From an uncultured Melioribacteraceae bacterium (lineage in GTDB: Bacteria > Bacteroidota > Ignavibacteria > Ignavibacteriales > Melioribacteraceae), in NCBI GenBank assembly GCA_964554135.1, contig CAZKNM010000004.1, forward strand, positions 1 through 53,838: 53,838 bases of DNA, written 5' to 3'. Shown piece by piece: positions 28,842-39,539 of this stretch. The stretch's first letter is position 1, and each line of letters begins with the position of its first letter. The notes under the pieces were generated by a model. The model worked only from the letters and a program-made list of their open reading frames with translations, did not search any database and was not told where the DNA came from. The position numbers and the translations under genes are program-made.

Positions 28842-29791
28842 TGGCAAAAAGCGTATTGGATTTTGAAAAACCTATCATTGAACTTGAGAATAAAATTGCA
28901 GAGATGCGGGAACTTGAAGGTACTCTCGATATAAAAGAAGAAATAACAAAATTGGAGCAGAAGGTAAGCAAATTGAAAAAAAATATTTATGAAAGCTTAA
29001 CACGCTGGCAAAAAGTTCAGCTTGCACGCCATCCCGAACGACCGTACACACTTGACTATATTTATCTAATGACAACGGATTTCATTGAATTGCATGGCGA
29101 TAGGCATGTAAAAGATGATCATTCAATAGTTGGAGGTTTTGCTAAGCTCGATGAATTTAAGGTAATGATTATAGGTCATCAAAAGGGACGAGATACTAAA
29201 TCGAATCTTTATAGAAATTTTGGAATGCCTAATCCTGAAGGATACAGAAAGGCGTTGAGATTAATGAAAACAGCTGAGAAATTTAATCTTCCTGTAATTA
29301 CTCTTTTAGATACACCCGGCGCTTATCCGGGAATTGAAGCTGAACAGAGAGGTCAGGCAGAAGCAATTGCCCGTAATCTTTTTGAGATGAGCAAATTGAA
29401 AGTACCGATTATAGTTGTGATAATAGGGGAAGGTGCAAGCGGCGGAGCTCTTGGAATTGGTGTTGGTGATAGAATATTAATGCTGGAAAATACATGGTAT
29501 TCCGTAATTAGTCCCGAATCATGTTCAAGTATTCTTTGGCGTAGCTGGGAATATAAAGAACAAGCAGCAGAAGCTTTGAAACTCACTTCTCAAGATTTAT
29601 TTGAGCAGGGAATTATCGACCGTATAATTCCGGAACCTTTGGGTGGTGCTCATAAGGATCATCAGAAAATGGCCAATGATTTAAAAAGGATTTTAAAAGA
29701 AGAATTGGATGCACTTATCAATATCAAACCGGTAAAATTAATTGAAGGCAGACTTGAAAAGTTTGGTAAGATGGGTGTTTATTTGGAATAA
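28841..29791 (+). CDS. accA: Acetyl-CoA carboxylase carboxyltransferase alpha subunit
   Basis: Matching segments are [46 protein letters not shown] and [12 protein letters not shown]. Its start overlaps the upstream stop (TAATG). Confidence 0.93.
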   Translation: MAKSVLDFEKPIIELENKIAEMRELEGTLDIKEEITKLEQKVSKLKKNIYESLTRWQKVQLARHPERPYTLDYIYLMTTDFIELHGDRHVKDDHSIVGGFAKLDEFKVMIIGHQKGRDTKSNLYRNFGMPNPEGYRKALRLMKTAEKFNLPVITLLDTPGAYPGIEAEQRGQAEAIARNLFEMSKLKVPIIVVIIGEGASGGALGIGVGDRILMLENTWYSVISPESCSSILWRSWEYKEQAAEALKLTSQDLFEQGIIDRIIPEPLGGAHKDHQKMANDLKRILKEELDALINIKPVKLIEGRLEKFGKMGVYLE

Positions 29792-29861
29792 ATATTTTTA
29801 TTGGATAGCTTTCCACCTGCCAAATAAATTTTGTTTCTTGTAATATTTTTCAGATTATTTT

Positions 29862-30278
29862 ATGTTTTTACACAAGACGATTATCCGTGTACGTTATGCA
29901 GATACGGACAAAATGCAGTTCGTATATAATGGTAAGTACTTTGAATATTTTGAAGTAGGAAGAACTGAATTGCTTCGGAAAGCAGGTTTGGCTTATAAAG
30001 ATGTAGAAGCCGAGGGCTATCATCTTCCTTTGATTGAAGCGGGGATTAAATATATTCAACCGGCACAATACGACGATCTTCTTGAGGTTGAAGCTGTTGT
30101 GAAAGAAATTTATTCACCGAAGGTATATATTGAGTACATTATTAAAAAATCAGATTCGGGAGATTTGATTGCTACCGGATTTACAACACACATGTTCATT
30201 AAGAGTGACACTAAGAAGGCTACACGTCCTCCGAAAATATATTTAGATGCATTAAAACCGTTTTTTACGGAAAAGTAA
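29862..30278 (+). CDS. Acyl-CoA thioesterase, 4HBT/YbgC family (hotdog fold)
   Basis: The N-terminal IRVRYADTDKMQFVYNGKYFEYFEVGRTELLR is typical of the YbgC family. The length is 138 aa. Confidence 0.75.
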   Translation: MFLHKTIIRVRYADTDKMQFVYNGKYFEYFEVGRTELLRKAGLAYKDVEAEGYHLPLIEAGIKYIQPAQYDDLLEVEAVVKEIYSPKVYIEYIIKKSDSGDLIATGFTTHMFIKSDTKKATRPPKIYLDALKPFFTEK

Positions 30279-30334
30279 TTTCACTTTTTAATTTCGAAAT
30301 CGATACTTAGCAATCTATTCTGCTCTTTACTTTT

Positions 30335-31798
30335 ATGATAGATAAAATAAAAGAATTAACCAAAGACACAGCCATTTACGGAATCAGCACAATCGTAGGA
30401 AGATTTCTCGGATTTCTCCTTGTACCTTTCTATACCAACGTATTGTCTCCGGGTGAATACGGAATCTTTGCATATATTTATTCTTACATTGCTTTTTTGA
30501 ACATAATTTATATTTACGGTCTTGATGCAGCTTTTCTGAAATATACTTCTGTAGCATCGGAAGACGAAAAGAAAGATACTTTCTCGACGCCGTTTATATT
30601 TGTAACCTTAACATCGGTTGTTTTTTCTGTATTAATATTTACATTCAGAAATTCTGTAGGTATGGCAATAAATCTTTCTTCGGATCACTCATATCTTTTG
30701 TTCTATGTGATCTTCATTTTATTTTTTGATACACTCGCATTAATTCCCTTTGCCGATCTGAGATTACAAAGAAAAGCTGTGAAATTTGCCGTCATAAAAA
30801 TTTTCAATATTCTCATTAATATTTCACTCAACGTCATTTTGATTGTTTATTATAAATTAGGTATTGAGGCGATCTTTATTAGCAATGTTATCGCATCGGC
30901 TTTTTCTCTTGTAGCATTGTTACCGGATATTCTTAAGAAATTCCATTTAACTTTGGATAAAACTATTTTAAAGAAGATGTTAAAGTTCGGAATACCATAT
31001 TTACCTGCGAGCATCGCTGCAATGATTGTTCAGGTTATAGATCGCCCTATCATGAAATTTATGACGAACGAAACAACGCTTGGTATTTATCAAGCTAACT
31101 ACAAACTTGGTATTTTCATGATGTTATTTGTTTCGATGTTTCAATATGCATGGCAGCCTTTCTTTTTGACAAATGCAAAAGAAAAAAATGCGAAGGAAAT
31201 TTTTTCTAAGGTGCTTACATTATTTGTTTTAGCCGGCAGTATAATTTTGGTAAGTTTATCATTATTCATAGAAGATCTGGCAAAGATTGAGATTTATCAT
31301 GGTCATACAATTATCGGAAAAGAATATCTTGGTGGTATTGCTATAGTCCCGGTTATTTTATTCGGGTATTTCTTTTACGGCATTTATGTGAATTTCAATG
31401 CAGGTCTCTACATAGAAGAAAAAACAAAATATTTTCCTGCTGTGACCGGATTGGGTGCGGTAATTAATATTGTTGTAAATATTTTTTTAATTCCGGTCTT
31501 GGGAATTATGGGTGCTGCACTTGCTACATTGGCAAGCTACTTAGTAATGTCTGTAGGATTGTTCATTGTTTCGCAAAAAATCTACAGGATAAATTACGAG
31601 TATGGTAAGCTAGCTAAAATATTTGTTGTAATACTTCTTGTCGGTTCGGCTTATTACTATTTCCTTAACTTTGGTGGGCTCAACATTCTTGTTAAAATAG
31701 TGATGCTGTTCGCATTTATCGGTTTGTTGTTTCTATTTAGAATTTTAAAGAAGGAAGATTTGTTCTCAATGATAAAACTTGTTCAATCCAAAAAATAA
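30335..31798 (+). CDS. MOP-superfamily oligosaccharide/lipid-linked flippase (third in the window)
   Basis: 487-aa ORF with about 14 TM segments. The N-terminus reads KELTKDTAIYGISTIVGRFLGFLLVPFYTNVLSPGEYG. I cannot separate Wzx-like from MurJ-like by eye. Confidence 0.6.
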   Translation: MIDKIKELTKDTAIYGISTIVGRFLGFLLVPFYTNVLSPGEYGIFAYIYSYIAFLNIIYIYGLDAAFLKYTSVASEDEKKDTFSTPFIFVTLTSVVFSVLIFTFRNSVGMAINLSSDHSYLLFYVIFILFFDTLALIPFADLRLQRKAVKFAVIKIFNILINISLNVILIVYYKLGIEAIFISNVIASAFSLVALLPDILKKFHLTLDKTILKKMLKFGIPYLPASIAAMIVQVIDRPIMKFMTNETTLGIYQANYKLGIFMMLFVSMFQYAWQPFFLTNAKEKNAKEIFSKVLTLFVLAGSIILVSLSLFIEDLAKIEIYHGHTIIGKEYLGGIAIVPVILFGYFFYGIYVNFNAGLYIEEKTKYFPAVTGLGAVINIVVNIFLIPVLGIMGAALATLASYLVMSVGLFIVSQKIYRINYEYGKLAKIFVVILLVGSAYYYFLNFGGLNILVKIVMLFAFIGLLFLFRILKKEDLFSMIKLVQSKK

Positions 31799-31807
31799 TT
31801 TGTTCAT

Positions 31808-32263
31808 ATGGATTTGGTAGATATTAAGATAAAACAGATTTCATCGTCATTCTCCGATATTCCTTTACCGGAATACGCTACCGAAGGAAGTTCGGGACTT
31901 GACTTGAGAGCAGCGATTGATAAATCGATAACGATTGCAGCTGGTACAGTAGCACTTATCCCGACAAATTTAAAAGTTGAAATTCCGGTTGGATACGAAA
32001 TACAAGTTAGACCTCGAAGCGGTTTGGCAGCGAAAAATAACATTGGTGTTTTAAATTCTCCCGGAACAATAGATTCGGATTACAGGGGAGAGATAAAGGT
32101 GATTCTTTTTAATTTCGGTGGAAATGATTTCATTATCAAACGTGGAGATAGAATCGCACAAATGATTGTTTCCAAAGTATACAGAGCAAACCTGGTTAAA
32201 TCGGAAAATTTAAACTCAAGTGAGAGAGGAGAAGGCGGTTTTGGTCATACAGGTAAAGAATAA
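31808..32263 (+). CDS. dut: dUTP diphosphatase
   Basis: Motifs present are GSSGLDLRA, RPRSGLA, IDSDYRGEI and the C-terminal RGEGGFGHTG. Confidence 0.95.
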   Translation: MDLVDIKIKQISSSFSDIPLPEYATEGSSGLDLRAAIDKSITIAAGTVALIPTNLKVEIPVGYEIQVRPRSGLAAKNNIGVLNSPGTIDSDYRGEIKVILFNFGGNDFIIKRGDRIAQMIVSKVYRANLVKSENLNSSERGEGGFGHTGKE

Positions 32264-32292
32264 TTGTTGAATTTATACCGAAAGGATTTTTA

Positions 32293-35200
32293 ATGGGAGA
32301 TTTTGTTCACCTCCACAATCATTCACATTACAGCTTACAAGATGCGGCTTGTACTATAGACAAACTGGTTGAAACTACAGTTGAAATGGGAATGCATTCT
32401 ATTGCACTGACCGATCACGGTGTAATGTATGGTGCTACGGAGTTTTATAAGAAAGCCGTCAAGGCTGGAATCAAACCTATTATCGGGATGGAAGCTTACA
32501 TTGTTATGGATGGTACACGTTTCGATAGAGGGACGGAAAATGTTTCGAACGGCAGACAAAGATCCAAACATTACAACCATCTGATTCTGCTTGCTAAAAA
32601 TGAAACAGGCTATAGAAATCTGATAAAGTTATCATCAATCGGTTTTACGGAAGGATTTTATTATAAACCGAGAATCGATCTCGATGTCTTGAAACAAAAA
32701 TGCGAAGGTCTTATTTGTACCTCCGCATGTCCCGCGGGTGTTGTGTCAACTCATCTTGTTAATGGTGATTATGAAAAAGCAAAACAGACTGCACTATTAT
32801 TCAAAGAGATTTTCGGCAATGACTTTTACCTGGAGATACAAGATCACGGAATGGATATTGAAAAACCGATATTAACCGGGATGCCGAAACTTTCTAAAGA
32901 GCTGGGCATAAAACTGGTCGCTACTAATGATATCCACTACATCGAACAGGAACATTCTATTCCTCACAATGTTCTTTTGTTGCTTTCGGACAAAACAGGC
33001 AATTCCGATTATAGATCCCTTCGCTATAATACCGATCAAGTGTATTTCAAATCAGCTGAAGAGATGAAGAAAATTTTTAAAAATTTTCCAGGTGCAATCG
33101 AAAATACGCTTGAGATCGAAGAGAAGGTTAATTTTGAAATGGACTTTGATACTCATCATTATCCCAATTTTCCAATACCACCAGATGCCCGAGCCCAAAA
33201 TCTGAATGAATATCTCGACATTCTTGCCCATGAAGGTTTGAATAAGAAATTTAAAAAAGTAACTCCGGAAATTTTAGATCGATTCAATTACGAGCTCGAA
33301 GTAATTAAGGGCATAGGATATGCCGGATATTTTTTGATCGTACAGGATTTTATTAATTCTGCTAAGCAGAGAGGAACATCGGTTGGTCCGGGAAGAGGTA
33401 GTGTGGCTGGTAGCTTAGTCGCTTATGTTTTAGGGATTACAAATGTGAATCCTCTTGATTACGATTTGCTATTTGAGAGATTTTTAAATCCCGAAAGGAG
33501 ATCAATGCCCGATATCGATGTTGATTTTGCGGATGACAAGAGGGGAGAAGTAATAGATTATGTAAAAGGAAAGTATGGCGAAAATTCCGTCTGCCAAATA
33601 ATAACATTCAACAGATTATCATCTAAAGCTGTAATAAGGGACGTTGCACGCGTTTTAAAAATTCCGATACCCACAGTTAATAATATCACAAAATGGATTC
33701 CTTCGAAGTTCGGAAGGGTGTATACCATAGATATGGCATTGAATGAAGTACCGGAATTAAAATGGGTCCGCGATTCGGACGATCCCACGTTACAAGAACT
33801 TATTAAATACTCGCGAGTTCTCGAAGGTATGAACCGTAATGCCTCAAAACATGCGGCGGGCGTTGTAATTACGGAAGGAAATGTAAGCGATTATGTCCCT
33901 CTTGCAATTGCCGGAACCGACAACGATCTCGTGACTCAATACAACATGAAAGAGTTGGAAAGTGTCGGATTGTTAAAGATGGATTTTCTTGGTCTAAGAA
34001 CTCTGACAATAATCCGAGATACAATCGAGCTTGTGAAAAAGACAAGGGGAAATGAAATTGATATTGATAATATACCTTTAGATGATAAGAAGACCTATGA
34101 ACTATTTAGTAAAGGACAAACTACCGGCATATTTCAGTTTGAATCTCCTCCGATGAGGGAGTACCTGAAAAAATTAAAGCCGTCTAGTATTAAAGATCTA
34201 GCAGCGATGAACGCTCTTTACCGACCCGGTCCAATGCAATTTATAGATGATTTTATCGCTTGCAAGCATGGGAGGAAATCGATAAAGTATCAACACTCGA
34301 TACTTGAACCGATACTTAGAGAAACCTACGGTATTATCGTTTATCAAGAACAAGTTATTCAAATAGCGAATAAAGTTGCCGGTATGAGTCTGGCCGAAGC
34401 CGATTCACTTCGCCGTGCTATGGGTAAAAAAGATAAAGTAGCAATGGATAGAGAGCGGAAAAAATTTATTGAAGGTGCGATTAAAAATAATTTGACAAAA
34501 AAGATAGCCGAAGATATATACGATGCTATTTTAAAATTTGCAGATTATGGTTTCAATAAAAGTCATGCCGTTGCATACAGCATCGTTGCTTATCAAACTG
34601 CCTATCTCAAATCACATTATCTTGAGGAGTTTTTAGCAGCTAACCTGACTAATGAATTCGGGGATATCGAGAAAGTAACAAAACTCCTGGAGGACTGTCG
34701 GAAGCTGAAAGTAATTGTTCTTCCTCCAAGTGTTAATAAACCCACCGTTTCTTTTATTGTTGAAAACAGAGAAATTGTATTTGGAATGTCTGCTATAAAA
34801 AATGTTGGAGTAGGGGCAGTCCAAGAAATAGCAAGAAGTAATAATAAAATTGGACGAAATTTTAACAATATATATGATTTTTGTTCCTACGTTGATACCA
34901 GAATCGTTAATAAAAGGGCATTAGAAGGATTGGTTTTAGCCGGTGCATTCGATTCAACGGAAGGCTCAAGAGCACAGAATTTTTATGCGATAACAGGCGC
35001 GCTTAATTTCGGGAGTAAGGTTAACAGCGCTAAACTATCTCAAAAAGGAAGTCTATTCGGTAGTGAAGACGATACATTAAAAATTGAAGAACCACCTCTT
35101 CCGAATATTCCAAGCTGGGACAGCAAAACAAGATTGGCAAAAGAAAGAGAGGTATTGGGATTTTATTTGTCCGATCATCCATTATCAAAGTTCAAAATTG

Positions 35201-35751
35201 AATCTGATTCGTTTGCAAATTTCCACCTTGGAGATGCATCAACTTATGAGAATATGGATGTTGTAAGGGTTTGCGGAGTTATTACCGAATTAAGAACAAG
35301 AATGGATAAGTCCGGTAATAACATGGCTTTCTTTAAATTAGATGATCAAACCGGATCGTGCGAATGTATTATGTTTTCAAAAACCTATTCGGAGTATCAA
35401 AAATATATTTCAGAAGAAGCAACAATACTTGTAAAAGGAAAGTTAGAAAGCAGCGGTGATGCAATCAAGTTGCATGCAGAAGAGGTTATTCCTTTGAATG
35501 AAGCAAAGTACAAATTGACGAAGAAGCTCGCTCTTTATATAGATGAACAATTACATGGTGAAAAAGTCATAGAAAATTTAAAGATGTTGTTCGAAAATTA
35601 CGAAGGAAATACTCCGGTATTTCTTCGTGTAAAACAGAATGGTCCATTCCGCGATTTCTATTTAAGATATAAAGTAAAACTATCCGATGAACTCATAAAT
35701 CGAATTTTGGAACTGCTGGGTGACGACAGCATTCATTTTGTGGTAAATTGA
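32293..35751 (+). CDS. dnaE: DNA polymerase III alpha subunit
   Basis: It has the PHP domain FVHLHNHSHYSLQDAA, plus GPGRGSVAGSLVAYVLGIT, PDIDVDF, KMDFLGLRTLT and FNKSHAVAYS. The length is 1152 aa. Confidence 0.97.
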   Translation: MGDFVHLHNHSHYSLQDAACTIDKLVETTVEMGMHSIALTDHGVMYGATEFYKKAVKAGIKPIIGMEAYIVMDGTRFDRGTENVSNGRQRSKHYNHLILLAKNETGYRNLIKLSSIGFTEGFYYKPRIDLDVLKQKCEGLICTSACPAGVVSTHLVNGDYEKAKQTALLFKEIFGNDFYLEIQDHGMDIEKPILTGMPKLSKELGIKLVATNDIHYIEQEHSIPHNVLLLLSDKTGNSDYRSLRYNTDQVYFKSAEEMKKIFKNFPGAIENTLEIEEKVNFEMDFDTHHYPNFPIPPDARAQNLNEYLDILAHEGLNKKFKKVTPEILDRFNYELEVIKGIGYAGYFLIVQDFINSAKQRGTSVGPGRGSVAGSLVAYVLGITNVNPLDYDLLFERFLNPERRSMPDIDVDFADDKRGEVIDYVKGKYGENSVCQIITFNRLSSKAVIRDVARVLKIPIPTVNNITKWIPSKFGRVYTIDMALNEVPELKWVRDSDDPTLQELIKYSRVLEGMNRNASKHAAGVVITEGNVSDYVPLAIAGTDNDLVTQYNMKELESVGLLKMDFLGLRTLTIIRDTIELVKKTRGNEIDIDNIPLDDKKTYELFSKGQTTGIFQFESPPMREYLKKLKPSSIKDLAAMNALYRPGPMQFIDDFIACKHGRKSIKYQHSILEPILRETYGIIVYQEQVIQIANKVAGMSLAEADSLRRAMGKKDKVAMDRERKKFIEGAIKNNLTKKIAEDIYDAILKFADYGFNKSHAVAYSIVAYQTAYLKSHYLEEFLAANLTNEFGDIEKVTKLLEDCRKLKVIVLPPSVNKPTVSFIVENREIVFGMSAIKNVGVGAVQEIARSNNKIGRNFNNIYDFCSYVDTRIVNKRALEGLVLAGAFDSTEGSRAQNFYAITGALNFGSKVNSAKLSQKGSLFGSEDDTLKIEEPPLPNIPSWDSKTRLAKEREVLGFYLSDHPLSKFKIESDSFANFHLGDASTYENMDVVRVCGVITELRTRMDKSGNNMAFFKLDDQTGSCECIMFSKTYSEYQKYISEEATILVKGKLESSGDAIKLHAEEVIPLNEAKYKLTKKLALYIDEQLHGEKVIENLKMLFENYEGNTPVFLRVKQNGPFRDFYLRYKVKLSDELINRILELLGDDSIHFVVN

Positions 35752-35864
35752 AGAATCTCACCTTTTATTTCGACAGGTATATCCTGATAATTGGTTGATT
35801 TGAGAACCCATATTTCTTAAGTTTGGTGCATTCTTTTTAAGACCTATACACGAAAGGAAGTAAA

Positions 35865-36671
35865 ATGGAAAATAGATGGGCGGTAGTTTTAGGTGCCTCC
35901 AGTGGTTTTGGAGGTGCAACTGCGGTTGCGCTTGCCCGAAGCGGTTATCATATATTCGGTGTTCATCTCGATCGTCAGGTTACAATTCCTGAAGTTCAAA
36001 AAATTATTAAGAAGATAGAAAAAACAGGTCATAAAGCAATCTTCTTTAATATCAATGCTGCAGACCCGATTAAAAGAAACGACACGTTGGATGAAATTAA
36101 AGAAAGATTTGCCATAAAAGAACATCCCTTTGTGCACGTTCTTGTTCACTCCCTGGCTTTTGGTACTTTAAAACCTTATATAGCGAGTAATCCGAATGAT
36201 ACGATAACACAAGCACAGATGGCAATGACGCTTGATGTTATGGCTCACTCTCTAGTTTATTGGACACAAGGATTAATTCAAAGAGATCTTTTTGCCGAAG
36301 GGGGGAGGATATTTGCATTAACAAGCGGGGGTTCACATTCAGTAATACCTCATTACGGTGCTGTATCAGCAGCTAAAGCTGCTTTGGAATCCCATATTCG
36401 TCAGTTAGCGTATGAATTAGGTAAAATGAAAATTACTGCTAATGCAATAATGGCGGGTGTTACAGATACTCCTGCTTTGAGGAAAATACCAAGCTATCAG
36501 AAAATGCTCCATATGGCAAAGATGAAAAATCCTGGTGACAGGTTAACTACACCCGAAGATGTTGCCAAAGCAATTGTAATGCTATGCGATGATAAAGCCG
36601 ACTGGATTAATGGAAATGTAATAGGTGTTGATGGTGGTGAATATATTGTAAATTGTGTTGATCGTAAATAA
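35865..36671 (+). CDS. SDR-family oxidoreductase, enoyl-ACP reductase-like (FabL-like)
   Basis: The nucleotide-binding loop is VVLGASSGFGGA. The active-site spacing is Y-x6-K (YGAVSAAKAALE), as in enoyl reductases, rather than the classical Y-x3-K. Fatty-acid genes lie nearby. The specific FabL assignment is tentative. Confidence 0.6.
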   Translation: MENRWAVVLGASSGFGGATAVALARSGYHIFGVHLDRQVTIPEVQKIIKKIEKTGHKAIFFNINAADPIKRNDTLDEIKERFAIKEHPFVHVLVHSLAFGTLKPYIASNPNDTITQAQMAMTLDVMAHSLVYWTQGLIQRDLFAEGGRIFALTSGGSHSVIPHYGAVSAAKAALESHIRQLAYELGKMKITANAIMAGVTDTPALRKIPSYQKMLHMAKMKNPGDRLTTPEDVAKAIVMLCDDKADWINGNVIGVDGGEYIVNCVDRK

Positions 36672-36713
36672 AAATGAAATTAACAGAAATCATTAATTAT
36701 AAAAGGTAAATAA

Positions 36714-37856
36714 ATGTTCGAATTCAAATTCACGGAAGAGCAAAATATGCTGCGGGATATGGTGAGAGATTTTACTACAAATGAGATCAAACCAATCGCA
36801 GCAAAAATCGATGAAGAAGAAAAAATTCCCGATGATCTAATAAAGAAGCTGGCAGAACTCGGGATACTCGGTGTTTCCTTCCCTGAAGAATATGGAGGGG
36901 GTGGATTCGGAGAAGTAGGTTTCTGCATCACTCAAGAGGAAATTGCTCGAGGGTGTCTATCTACATCCACATTGATTGGAGCGCATCAATCGATTGGTGC
37001 AAATGCAATTTATCTCGGCGGTACTGAAGATCAAAAGAAAAAGTATTTAGTTCCCTTAGCGCAAGGGGAAAAGATTGCGGCTTTCTGTTTAACCGAAGCT
37101 CAAGCAGGCTCGGATGCATTTAATCTCAAGACAAAGGCCGTACTCGATGGAAATGAATGGGTAATAAACGGTGAAAAGTTATGGATTACAAACGGTGGTA
37201 TTGCCGGTACACTGTCTGTATTTGCAAGAACAGAAAAAGGTATTAGTGCATTTATTGTTGATGCCGATACTCCTGGTTTTTCTGCCGGTCCACCGGAAAA
37301 GAAAATGGGTATTAAAGGAAGTGTTACTAATGCTCTTACTTTTGATAATGTTCGAATACCTAAAGAAAATCTTCTAGGGGCAGATGGAAGAGGGTTTTTA
37401 CTTGCCATGAAAACACTGGATGCCGGAAGATTGGGATTGGGTGCATGCTGTGTTGGAGCTTCAAAAGAGATGCTCGAGTTATCCACTGTATATGCAGGTC
37501 AAAGAAAACAGTTCGATCAACCGATCAACAAATACCAGGCTGTGCAGTTTATGCTTGCTGAGATGGCTACGATGATTTATAATATGGAATCAATTGTATA
37601 TAGAACCGCTGTAGATTATGATTTGAAGAAAGACATTTCCAAACAATCTGCAATAGTAAAATTATACTGTTCTGAAGCTCTTGATCAAGTAGTTGATTAT
37701 GCAATTCAAATTCATGGTGGTATGGGTTATTCTAAAGAATTACCTATCGAGAGATTCTATAGGGATTCGCGCATCAATAAGATTTTTGAGGGAACGAATG
37801 AGATTCAGAAAGGAATAATTGCTAGAGATATTATCAAAAAGAAGGGTAGAATGTGA
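36714..37856 (+). CDS. Acyl-CoA dehydrogenase
   Basis: Matching segments are FCLTEAQAGSD, WITNGG, QRKQFDQPI, IHGGMGY and RINKIFEGTNEIQ. The length is 380 aa. Confidence 0.9.
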   Translation: MFEFKFTEEQNMLRDMVRDFTTNEIKPIAAKIDEEEKIPDDLIKKLAELGILGVSFPEEYGGGGFGEVGFCITQEEIARGCLSTSTLIGAHQSIGANAIYLGGTEDQKKKYLVPLAQGEKIAAFCLTEAQAGSDAFNLKTKAVLDGNEWVINGEKLWITNGGIAGTLSVFARTEKGISAFIVDADTPGFSAGPPEKKMGIKGSVTNALTFDNVRIPKENLLGADGRGFLLAMKTLDAGRLGLGACCVGASKEMLELSTVYAGQRKQFDQPINKYQAVQFMLAEMATMIYNMESIVYRTAVDYDLKKDISKQSAIVKLYCSEALDQVVDYAIQIHGGMGYSKELPIERFYRDSRINKIFEGTNEIQKGIIARDIIKKKGRM

Positions 37857-37889
37857 CGTGAATTTTTTAAAAGAGGAGAAAAGACATTT

Positions 37890-38210
37890 ATGAAACCAAT
37901 AACCTTTACGGATGATAATTTCGACGCTGAAGTTTTAAAATCTGAGACACCGGTTGTAGTTGATTTTTGGGCAGCTTGGTGTGGTCCTTGTAGAATGATA
38001 GCTCCCATAATGGAAGAATTAGCCGATGAATACAAAGACAAATTGAAGGTAGGTAAACTCGATGTAGATGAAAATCAATTGTCGGCAGTTAATTATGGAG
38101 TAAGAAGTATCCCGACAGTTTTATTCTTTAAAAACGGAAAAGTTCAAGATACAGTTATCGGTGCAGTACCTAAAACTGCTTTCGTTGAAAGAATAAAAAA
38201 GCTTATGTAA
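37890..38210 (+). CDS. trxA: Thioredoxin
   Basis: It has the WAAWCGPCRMIAP active site and is 106 aa long. A GAGGAG SD lies upstream. Confidence 0.95.
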   Translation: MKPITFTDDNFDAEVLKSETPVVVDFWAAWCGPCRMIAPIMEELADEYKDKLKVGKLDVDENQLSAVNYGVRSIPTVLFFKNGKVQDTVIGAVPKTAFVERIKKLM

Positions 38211-38301
38211 CGAAAATTATTTTGTTTGGAATAATATTTCTAATAGGGTCTTTCAATTTTCTCGGCTTCAGTTCCTGATAAACTAACTACCAAGAAATAA
38301 A

Positions 38302-39291
38302 ATGATCAAACATATTCTCTCAATATTGTTGGGGATCGTTTTAACAATAAGTAATATACGCGCCCAGAAAGAGCAGTGGACAATATTTAATACTTATAAT
38401 TCCGGTCTTCCGGTTAATTCTATCCATACCATTGTTATCGATCAATACAATGTTAAGTGGATTGGAACTTGGGGTGGTGGATTGGTAAAATACGACGATG
38501 AATCCTGGTCAGTTTTCGATACAACTAACTCCGGTCTTCCTCATAATACAATTTATACGATAAAGATTGATCGTGAGAATAATAAATGGATCGGAACGTT
38601 TGGTGGAGGAGTTGCCAAGTATGATGATACAAAGTGGATTATTTACGACAAATCGAATTCAGGCTTGCCTCATGATTGGATTTACGCGATCACAATAGAT
38701 AAAACCGGAAATAAATGGATAGGCACATGGGGCGGAGGGCTAGCTGCTTTTGATAATAAGAACTGGGAAATATATAATACTTCTAATTCGCCTTTACCTA
38801 ATATAAAAGTCACAGCACTTGCGGTTGATTTTAAAAATAATATTTGGATTGGTACCAGCGGTGAATTAGTGATGTTTGATGGACGGGATTGGTACAATAG
38901 TATTGATTTAAATATCTATCCTACCATTGAGGGTGTTTATGCTTTTCATGTTGATGAAAATGGAAAAGTCTATATTGGTATAAAGTTCGGAGGAATCAAT
39001 ATAATTGATGGGAAGAAATATAAATCCTTAACTAAAGAAAATTCCGGCCTGCCTTATGACGGAGTCTCATCACTCACTACGGATATAGATGGTAATATTT
39101 GGATAGCAAATTTCGGGTCGGGCTTGATTAAGTATGATGGAATGAATTGGATTGTATATAATTCTTCGAATTCAAGCTTACCTGATGATAATACTTTTTC
39201 AGTTACTATTGATCGGTTTAACAATAAGTGGATAGGTACTTACAGCGGAGGCTTAGTAATTTTTAACGAACAGGGTTACTCATCAAAATAA
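38302..39291 (+). CDS. Secreted seven-bladed beta-propeller made only of two-component-regulator propeller (Reg_prop) repeats
   Basis: A signal peptide is followed by seven units of about 45 aa. Their consensus is NSGLP.n.I..i.iD..NnKWIGT.GGGl..yD...W.iy. No Y_Y_Y, kinase or DNA-binding domain follows. Confidence 0.75.
   Translation: MIKHILSILLGIVLTISNIRAQKEQWTIFNTYNSGLPVNSIHTIVIDQYNVKWIGTWGGGLVKYDDESWSVFDTTNSGLPHNTIYTIKIDRENNKWIGTFGGGVAKYDDTKWIIYDKSNSGLPHDWIYAITIDKTGNKWIGTWGGGLAAFDNKNWEIYNTSNSPLPNIKVTALAVDFKNNIWIGTSGELVMFDGRDWYNSIDLNIYPTIEGVYAFHVDENGKVYIGIKFGGINIIDGKKYKSLTKENSGLPYDGVSSLTTDIDGNIWIANFGSGLIKYDGMNWIVYNSSNSSLPDDNTFSVTIDRFNNKWIGTYSGGLVIFNEQGYSSK
38398..39267 (+). repeat. Seven tandem coding repeats of about 135 nt (Reg_prop blades)
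   Basis: The NSGLP...KWIGT.GGG unit recurs at protein level across the ORF. The DNA copies are diverged, so this is not a recent duplication. Confidence 0.7.
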
Positions 39292-39539
39292 TTTCTGCAG
39301 CAAATCCTCATTTAACCGTCACACTTTTTTACCCTATCAGAATTTAACATCATTATTATAAAGAATATTACGAATCATATTGCTCAATACTCCAGACTCA
39401 GATTAACTTAAATTTAAATTAAATGAATTGTAATTATTATGCACACTTTATGAGGTAAGAGTAAATTTGTTTGGAGTTTCCGTTTGTAATCTCGGAAATA
39501 TTTTTTCCCTTATAATTATTACTTATTCATAATTATTCC

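Noticed and set aside
30296-30312. Short palindrome ATTTCGAAAT after the thioesterase gene, considered as an operator or terminator
   Set aside because: It is only 10 bp, AT-rich and has no T-tract. That is too little information to call.
37100-37486. 128-aa minus-strand ORF, plus the 68-aa alternative-frame + strand ORF at 37171-37377, inside the acyl-CoA dehydrogenase gene
   Set aside because: Both are shadow ORFs within a CDS that carries canonical ACAD motifs.
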